NCBI GenBank assembly: GCA_033762295.1
Contig: JANRLW010000117.1
Span: 1-51,817, forward strand
Source of the DNA: Capsulimonadales bacterium
GTDB taxonomy: Bacteria; Armatimonadota; Armatimonadia; Armatimonadales; Armatimonadaceae
Direction: 5' to 3'
DNA: 51,817 nt
Below the pieces are notes generated by a model. The model was not told where the DNA came from and ran no database searches. It was given only the letters and a program-made list of their open reading frames with translations. Positions 45,674 to 51,817 of this stretch are shown in pieces. A program made the position numbers and the translations under genes. Numbering within the stretch: the first letter of the stretch is position 1; the number at the start of each line of letters is the position of its first letter.

Positions 45674-47944
45674 TCAAACCTCCAATCGGGTCAACTCGGT
45701 CTGGATTCGTACCAGGCGATGGTAGATGCCCTCCTGCGCCATCAGTTCCTCATGCGTTCCCGATTCGGCGATCCGTCCGTCATCGACGACATAGATCAGG
45801 TCGGCGTTTTTCAGGGTCGAAAGCCGATGGGCGATGGCAATCGTCGTTCTGCCTTTGCAGAGAACGGCGAGCGCTTTCTGAATCTCCTGCTCGCTCTCGG
45901 TGTCGACCGACGACGTCGCCTCGTCCAGAATCAGAATCCGGGGATCACACAGCAGCGCGCGGGCGATACTGACCCGTTGCCGTTCGCCTCCCGAAAGTCC
46001 GGCCCCGTGTTCACCGAGACGGGTATCGTAGGCGCTCGCTCGTTTCGAGATGAACCCGTGGGCATTCGCCGCCTTCGCAGCGTCCATGATCTCCATCATG
46101 TCGGCCTCGGGGCGGCCATAGGCGATGTTCTCGGCGATGGTCGCGCTGAACAGGAACGGTTCCTGAAGCACGAGAGCGACATCCCGGTGCAGGTCCTCCT
46201 GCCGGATGTTTTGCACGTCGATTCCATCGATCAGTACCTGCCCCTGCTGGACATCGTAGAACCGGCAGATCAGATTCACCAGGGTCGTCTTGCCGGAGCC
46301 GCTCTTTCCGACGATCCCGACAAACTGCCCCGGTTCGATCTTCAGGCTGACGCCTTTCAAAATCGGAAGATAGGGATCATATCCGAACACGACGTCGCGC
46401 AGTTCGATCTCGCCGCGAAGCCGGGGAATCCGGACCGCCTCATGCGACTCGCGGACGGAAACGTTGGCGTCCATCACCTCGAAGATTCGCTGCCCCGCGC
46501 TGAGAAAGCCCGTAACCCAGTTGGAGAAGGTGCTGAGCGAGGAAACCGGCCCGTAGAACATACCGACATAGGCGAAGAAGGCCATCAGGGTCCCCAGGCT
46601 CATCCGATCGCTCAAAACCAGCTGTCCGCCGGCATACCAGATGATCAAGCCACCCATACCGAAAAGGAACGCCATGATCGGGTTGAAGGTCGCGATGCTC
46701 CAGTCCAGCTGGTTCCGGTTATCCCGCATGTAGGCCGCGGACTTCTCGAACCGGGCATGCTCCCGCTCCTCCTGGCCGAACGCCTTAACGAGACGGATAC
46801 CGGACAGCAACGCGGACAACAGCTGCGCCATCTTCGACTGACTGTCGGAAACCCGGTAGTAGATCGGATGGATGTATTTCCAGAAATAAATGGTCCCGAT
46901 GGCGACGAACGGGAGCGGAACGATCACCAGCAGCGCGAGTTGCCAGTTCATCGAAAAGAGGGCGAACCCGATGCCGACGACCAGCATCAGGTTGAGCAGG
47001 AACCCCTGCGATACCTGGCTGACAAACCCCTGGAAATACTCGACGTCCCAGAGAACCCGGCTCATCAGGCTGCCGACGGAATGACGATTGTAGTAATCGA
47101 CGCTCAGGCTGACCAGTTTGCGCTGGAGACCTTCGCGCAGTTCCCGGGTGATCCGGGTGCTGATCGAGGAGGTCAGTCGCCCGATCAGGATGCTGAGTCC
47201 GTTGCGGACCGCCGACGCGAGCATCAGTCCCAGGAGAATGAACGGAAGCCACCGGGTGTTCTTATGCGGGACGAGGACGTTATCAACGAGTATCCGGGTC
47301 AGCATCGGCGGGAGCAGGTCGAGGCCGACGCCGGCGAGCATCATCAGCAGCAGGACCGCCATCTTGGCAAAATGGGGCCGCATCAGTTCCAGGGCACGGA
47401 AAAGAACGCCGTGGTCCGCTCCGCACCGGGCGCATGTCGCCCCCCGCCCACGCAACGGCAGACCGCAGGTTTCGCAGATCAGGTCGCTCGGGCGGTTGAT
47501 CGCGTCGGCTTCGAACCCGCGCCCGTCGATCAGGCGTTCGAACTGCTGCGCGGCCCGACCGAACGTTTCTCGTTTGGCGTTGCTGAACCGGATCAGATCG
47601 AAATACAGACCGTGCAGCCGTACCTGAAGGAACGACGAACCGACCGTCGCGAAGGTCCGCACCTTTTCGACCTCGGAAAGCCGGAACGGCCCGGATATCA
47701 GATGCGGAGCGCCCTGTTCGTCGACCCGAACCGCCAGAGCCTGCGCCTCGGTGACAACGGCCCAGACCGTAGCCGCGTTGCCTTCCAGGTCCAGGTCGCT
47801 GAGGATGGCGAACTCCACCTTCGCCTCCCCGAGATCGAACATCGTCCGGATGCCTTCCAGAGATTCCGGCAATCCGCTGGTCCGAATATTTTCCTCGATA
47901 CGAAAGGTGTCCCTTAACGCCGTCGGCGCAGCCGAAATCGACAT
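45674..47944 (-). CDS. ABC transporter fused permease/ATPase with N-terminal extension (Zn-ribbon)
   Basis: TM domain; GKSGSGKTT, LSGGERQR, ILILDEATSSVD, IAHRLST; CETCG...CARC upstream of the TMD. Start uncertain (47944 or 48016). Confidence 0.92.
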   Translation of the reverse strand: MSISAAPTALRDTFRIEENIRTSGLPESLEGIRTMFDLGEAKVEFAILSDLDLEGNAATVWAVVTEAQALAVRVDEQGAPHLISGPFRLSEVEKVRTFATVGSSFLQVRLHGLYFDLIRFSNAKRETFGRAAQQFERLIDGRGFEADAINRPSDLICETCGLPLRGRGATCARCGADHGVLFRALELMRPHFAKMAVLLLMMLAGVGLDLLPPMLTRILVDNVLVPHKNTRWLPFILLGLMLASAVRNGLSILIGRLTSSISTRITRELREGLQRKLVSLSVDYYNRHSVGSLMSRVLWDVEYFQGFVSQVSQGFLLNLMLVVGIGFALFSMNWQLALLVIVPLPFVAIGTIYFWKYIHPIYYRVSDSQSKMAQLLSALLSGIRLVKAFGQEEREHARFEKSAAYMRDNRNQLDWSIATFNPIMAFLFGMGGLIIWYAGGQLVLSDRMSLGTLMAFFAYVGMFYGPVSSLSTFSNWVTGFLSAGQRIFEVMDANVSVRESHEAVRIPRLRGEIELRDVVFGYDPYLPILKGVSLKIEPGQFVGIVGKSGSGKTTLVNLICRFYDVQQGQVLIDGIDVQNIRQEDLHRDVALVLQEPFLFSATIAENIAYGRPEADMMEIMDAAKAANAHGFISKRASAYDTRLGEHGAGLSGGERQRVSIARALLCDPRILILDEATSSVDTESEQEIQKALAVLCKGRTTIAIAHRLSTLKNADLIYVVDDGRIAESGTHEELMAQEGIYHRLVRIQTELTRLEV

Positions 47945-48143
47945 TCCCGTATACCTCGGACTTTCCCTGACCCGGTTCCGCACCCTCTCGAAACCGTTAC
48001 CGAACTGCCGGTTCAATTAGCAATTCCCCTCCCAACTCCCTTCCCGATTACATAACTTTTTCGGTGCATTTTTTCACGTGCCACGCCGCCGGTCGACGGG
48101 AGGAAGCATTTGCCGGGGACGGCGCGAATGGCTACAATAGGCC

Positions 48144-49238
48144 ATGTCCTTCGCCTCGATTCTCGGACAGGAAGCGGCCATCGCCGTCCTCCGAACCGCC
48201 CTTCTCCGAAAGGCCGTCCCTCAGACCCTGCTCTTCGCCGGACCCGACAGCGTCGGCAAAACCGCGACGGCGATCGCCTTCGCGCAGACGATCTCGTGCA
48301 AACGGCCGACCCCGGACGGCGACGCCTGCGATACCTGCGTCAATTGCTCGCGTATCGCCGAAAATCAGCATCCGGACATCGTCCGAATCGCTCCGGACGG
48401 CGAGTTTTCCCGCATCTGGCAGTTCTGGTCGCGTCCCGGTCACCCCCCCGGCGCACTGGAAACGCTCTCCTTTGCCCCCGTCGCCGCCCCCCGCCGCTTT
48501 TACATCATCGAGAAGGCCGAGACCCTGAACGAGGAGTCGGCCAACTCGCTTTTGAAAGCCCTGGAGGAGCCACCGGCGTACGTTCAGTTTGTCCTGTGCG
48601 CGCCGTCGCCGAATGCCGTCCTGCCGACGATCCTTTCCCGCTGTCGGGTGGTTCGTTTTCGGCAAGTGCCGGTCGAACGGATCGCCGAAGGACTGATCGA
48701 CCGCCGCGGCACGGACCCGGCGGAGGCGCGAACCCTGGCCGCCTACAGCGAAGGCGCGCCCGGAAGGGCCTTTCGACTGGCCGATACGCCCGAACTGCGG
48801 GATCAGCGGGAGAACCTGCTCTCCCTGGCCGAGCGGATCGCCCATTCCCCACAGATCGCCTCGTTCAAACTCGCCGAGGAGCTGCGAAACGCCGCCCGAC
48901 CGCCCAAGGCGAAGAAGAACGAAGCGGAGGAAGGGGACAGCGAACGAACGGCGCGCGGCGATCTCCTGCGGGCCATCGACATTCTCGCGGTCTGGCATCA
49001 CGATCTTCTTTCCGTCGCGCTTAACGGCCCCGAGGCCCCGCTCATTCATCACGATCGACGGGTCGCGATCCTGGCCGCCGCCGCCCGGTACCGCCCCGAA
49101 CATCTGGCCGAAAACCTCGAATCGCTCTTTTCCGTACGCCGATACATCGCCCGGAACGCGAACGCACAACTGGCGACCGAGGTCCTTCTCCGGAGACTGT
49201 CGCCCCGCCGCCCCGCCCGCGACCCCGGAGGGGCCTGA
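48144..49238 (+). CDS. holB: DNA polymerase III subunit delta'
   Basis: [12 protein letters not shown]...[32 protein letters not shown]. Confidence 0.93.
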   Translation: MSFASILGQEAAIAVLRTALLRKAVPQTLLFAGPDSVGKTATAIAFAQTISCKRPTPDGDACDTCVNCSRIAENQHPDIVRIAPDGEFSRIWQFWSRPGHPPGALETLSFAPVAAPRRFYIIEKAETLNEESANSLLKALEEPPAYVQFVLCAPSPNAVLPTILSRCRVVRFRQVPVERIAEGLIDRRGTDPAEARTLAAYSEGAPGRAFRLADTPELRDQRENLLSLAERIAHSPQIASFKLAEELRNAARPPKAKKNEAEEGDSERTARGDLLRAIDILAVWHHDLLSVALNGPEAPLIHHDRRVAILAAAARYRPEHLAENLESLFSVRRYIARNANAQLATEVLLRRLSPRRPARDPGGA

Positions 49239-49378
49239 GCTACGGAGCATCCGCAGAAATTTTTCCGTCCCCTTTCCCTTTCCGCTTTCCAAAACTATAC
49301 GGCAGGGGATCGATCGCCTTCCCCCTTCCCCTACCGGCGCGTAGTCGGAAACCAATGTCTGACAAAGGAGCCGTTCGA

Positions 49379-51817
49379 ATGAGGCAGTTCATCTCCGTTC
49401 GAGGCGCGAAAGAAAATAACCTCAAAAACATCGATGTCGATATCCCGCGCGACAAACTCGTCGTCCTGACCGGCCTTTCCGGGTCCGGAAAATCCTCCCT
49501 GGCGTTCGATACCCTCTACGCCGAGGGACAGCGACGGTTCATGGAATCGCTGTCGGCCTGGGCCCGTCGATTCGTTCAGCAGCAGAAACGCCCTAAGGTC
49601 GATGCCGTCCTTGGCCTGTCCCCGGTCATCTCCATCGAACAGAAAACAATCAACAAAAACCCCCGCTCCACCGTCGGCACCATGACCGACCTCTACGATT
49701 ACCTCCGCCTGTTTTACAGTTCGGTCGGAGAGGCGCACTGCCTCCGGTGTGATCGAAAGGTCCCGGTGAAATCCGCCGTCCATATCGCCGAGCATATCCT
49801 GTCGCTGCCCGAAGGGGCGCATATCGAACTCTGTGCCCCGGTCTTCAAGGTCTACGGAGAGGATTACGATTACCTCCTGAACGACATCCGAACGCGCGGG
49901 TGCCGTCGAATCCGCGTTGACGGAACGGTGGTCGATATCAGCGACGAGGTGAAACTGGAGGAGACGGCGGACCACTCGATCGAAGCGATCGTCGATACGT
50001 TCGTCGTCAAACGCCAGATACAAAAACAGTTGACCCCCGCCATCGCCGCCGCTTTGAAGATGGGCGACGGTTTCCTTCGAATCCGTATCGGCAACGCCGA
50101 CAAGGTCAATGTCGATGAGGCGGCGTTCTTCTCCGGTTTCGCCTGCCCCGACCACCACCTGACGATGGGCGATCCGGAACCCTGGTTCTTCTCCTTCAAC
50201 GAACCCGAAAGCGCGTGTCCGACCTGTTCGGGCCTGGGCACCTACCTCAAGGTTCACACCGGTCTTCTCGTTCCGGACCCCTCTCGCAGCCTCCGGGGCG
50301 GTGCGTTCGTTCCCGAAGCGTTCAAATATGACCGGGAATCGTATGCCAGCCGTATCGTTTATGCGCTGTCCGTTCACCACGGGTTCTCTCTCGATACGCC
50401 GTTCGACGAACTGCCGGATTCGATTCGCGACCTTCTGTTTTACGGCACGCGCGGCGAGAAGGTAACGCTGGTCGAGGTGCCCGGCGCCCGCAGCAAGGAT
50501 TATGTCGGAAAACAGTTCCGCTTCGACGGTTTCGCCAACAATATCGAACGGCACTACCGCAACTACCGAAAAAAACAGACGGCGCACTCCGGAATGGAGG
50601 ATTACCTGCGGAAGGTCATGGTCGAAAAGGATTGTCCGGACTGCGGCGGGGCCCGACTGAAACGACAACGGCTCAAAGTCACGGTCGGGGGCAGGACCAT
50701 CGAGGAGGTCTCCGCCATGCCCTTTGAGGAACTGGCGGATTTTCTGCGCCACCTGCCCGATCCGCACCGAAACGCCGAAGCCGGAGATCAGGTGCGCCGG
50801 GAGATCCTCACCCGTCTGGAACTCCTCATCGGCATCGGCCTCGACTATTTGAACCTGAGTCGCCGCGCGGGCACGCTCTCCGGCGGGGAATCGCAGCGCA
50901 TTCGCCTCTCGACACAGATCAGTTCCGAACTGATGGGGATGCTCTACGTGCTCGATGAGCCGTCGATCGGACTTCACCCGAAAGACAACGAAAAACTGAT
51001 ACAAACGCTGCGCCAGTTGCGCGATATCGGCAACACCGTGATTGTGGTCGAGCACGACGAAGACACGATCCGCGCCGCCGACCACGTGATCGAGATCGGC
51101 CCCGGTCCGGGCATCCATGGCGGCACGATCGTTTCACAGGGGACACCCGGGGAGATCATGGCCGACCCGGCCTCTCTCACCGGCGCCTTTCTGTCGGGTC
51201 GACGGGCGATCGATACCCCGGAGCGGCATCGCCCGACGCGAACCGGGCATCTGATCGTCCGTGGCGCGAAAGAGAACAACCTGCAAAACATCGATGTTTC
51301 CATCCCGCTCGGTGTCCTGGTCTGCATCACCGGGGCCTCAGGTTCGGGAAAATCCACCCTTATCAACGATATCCTCTACAAAAAACTCTATGCCACCCTG
51401 CACGACAGCCGGGTTCTGCCGGGAAACCACGATACCGTCGAAGGGATGGAGGCCATCACCGATGTCATCGATATCGATCAGTCGCCGATCGGACGGTCGC
51501 CCCGATCCAATCCGGCCACCTACATCGGTTTTTACGACGACATCCGCCAGTTATTCGCCGACACCCCGGAGGCCCAGGAACGCGGCTATACGATCGGTCG
51601 ATTTTCGTTCAACGTCAAGGGCGGACGCTGCGAGGAGTGCGGCGGCGAGGGGATCATTACGACGTCGCTGACCTTCATGCCGGATGTCGAAAGCGAATGT
51701 CCCGCCTGTAAAGGGGCGCGATACAACGCCGAAACCCTGGAAATAACCTACCGGGGGAAAAACATCGCCGAAGTGCTGGCCCTGTCGGTGGAGGAAGGCA
51801 CCGGGTTTTTTGCCGAC
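49379..51817 (+). CDS. uvrA: Excinuclease ABC subunit A (partial, runs off the window end)
   Basis: Not in ORF track (no stop within window). [53 protein letters not shown]...; [20 protein letters not shown], second [26 protein letters not shown]. Confidence 0.96.
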   Translation, partial: MRQFISVRGAKENNLKNIDVDIPRDKLVVLTGLSGSGKSSLAFDTLYAEGQRRFMESLSAWARRFVQQQKRPKVDAVLGLSPVISIEQKTINKNPRSTVGTMTDLYDYLRLFYSSVGEAHCLRCDRKVPVKSAVHIAEHILSLPEGAHIELCAPVFKVYGEDYDYLLNDIRTRGCRRIRVDGTVVDISDEVKLEETADHSIEAIVDTFVVKRQIQKQLTPAIAAALKMGDGFLRIRIGNADKVNVDEAAFFSGFACPDHHLTMGDPEPWFFSFNEPESACPTCSGLGTYLKVHTGLLVPDPSRSLRGGAFVPEAFKYDRESYASRIVYALSVHHGFSLDTPFDELPDSIRDLLFYGTRGEKVTLVEVPGARSKDYVGKQFRFDGFANNIERHYRNYRKKQTAHSGMEDYLRKVMVEKDCPDCGGARLKRQRLKVTVGGRTIEEVSAMPFEELADFLRHLPDPHRNAEAGDQVRREILTRLELLIGIGLDYLNLSRRAGTLSGGESQRIRLSTQISSELMGMLYVLDEPSIGLHPKDNEKLIQTLRQLRDIGNTVIVVEHDEDTIRAADHVIEIGPGPGIHGGTIVSQGTPGEIMADPASLTGAFLSGRRAIDTPERHRPTRTGHLIVRGAKENNLQNIDVSIPLGVLVCITGASGSGKSTLINDILYKKLYATLHDSRVLPGNHDTVEGMEAITDVIDIDQSPIGRSPRSNPATYIGFYDDIRQLFADTPEAQERGYTIGRFSFNVKGGRCEECGGEGIITTSLTFMPDVESECPACKGARYNAETLEITYRGKNIAEVLALSVEEGTGFFAD

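Noticed and set aside
45218..47917. 899-aa plus-strand ORF
   Set aside because: Antisense shadow of the ABC transporter/DUF1854 genes, typical of high-GC codon bias, with no recognisable motifs
49331..51118. 595-aa minus-strand ORF
   Set aside because: Antisense to uvrA, which the ORF track missed because it has no stop in the window

Overview
GC-rich bacterial chromosomal window, most likely Armatimonadota. This is an inference from two DUF1559/H-X9-DG prepilin-like genes of the 'FPVFAQAR' type and the general gene content. Housekeeping genes: rpsL-rpsG (without fusA/tuf), bioY, rlmH, greA, purF, a Glu dehydrogenase, argS, holB, a partial uvrA and tRNA-Arg(UCU). Carbohydrate genes: partial GH2, Sip1/GH36 and GH172. 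Most interesting items: (1) a secreted S8 protease whose C-terminal tail has 13 near-identical IILWGQGTDP cassettes, encoded just upstream of a multi-TM HD-GYP protein, a possible self-processed peptide signal/receptor pair; (2) a selenoprotein hidden from the ORF track (AhpD/CMD-like, CxxU, in-frame UGA followed by a SECIS-like hairpin), in an operon with an orphan Cys-motif ABC substrate-binding protein, a DUF4242 protein and an unknown Rep/wHTH-like protein; (3) a ~350-nt structured rpsL leader containing a terminator; (4) a PP2C/kinase-FHA/vWA/kinase-DnaJ-CTD signalling cluster; (5) an SNase-GIDE fusion coupled to LemA; (6) an orphan McrB-like GTPase behind the tRNA; (7) a RIO kinase-Clp1 cluster; (8) a palindromic repeat translated in frame inside argS. 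All family calls come from motif recognition by eye; no database search was run.
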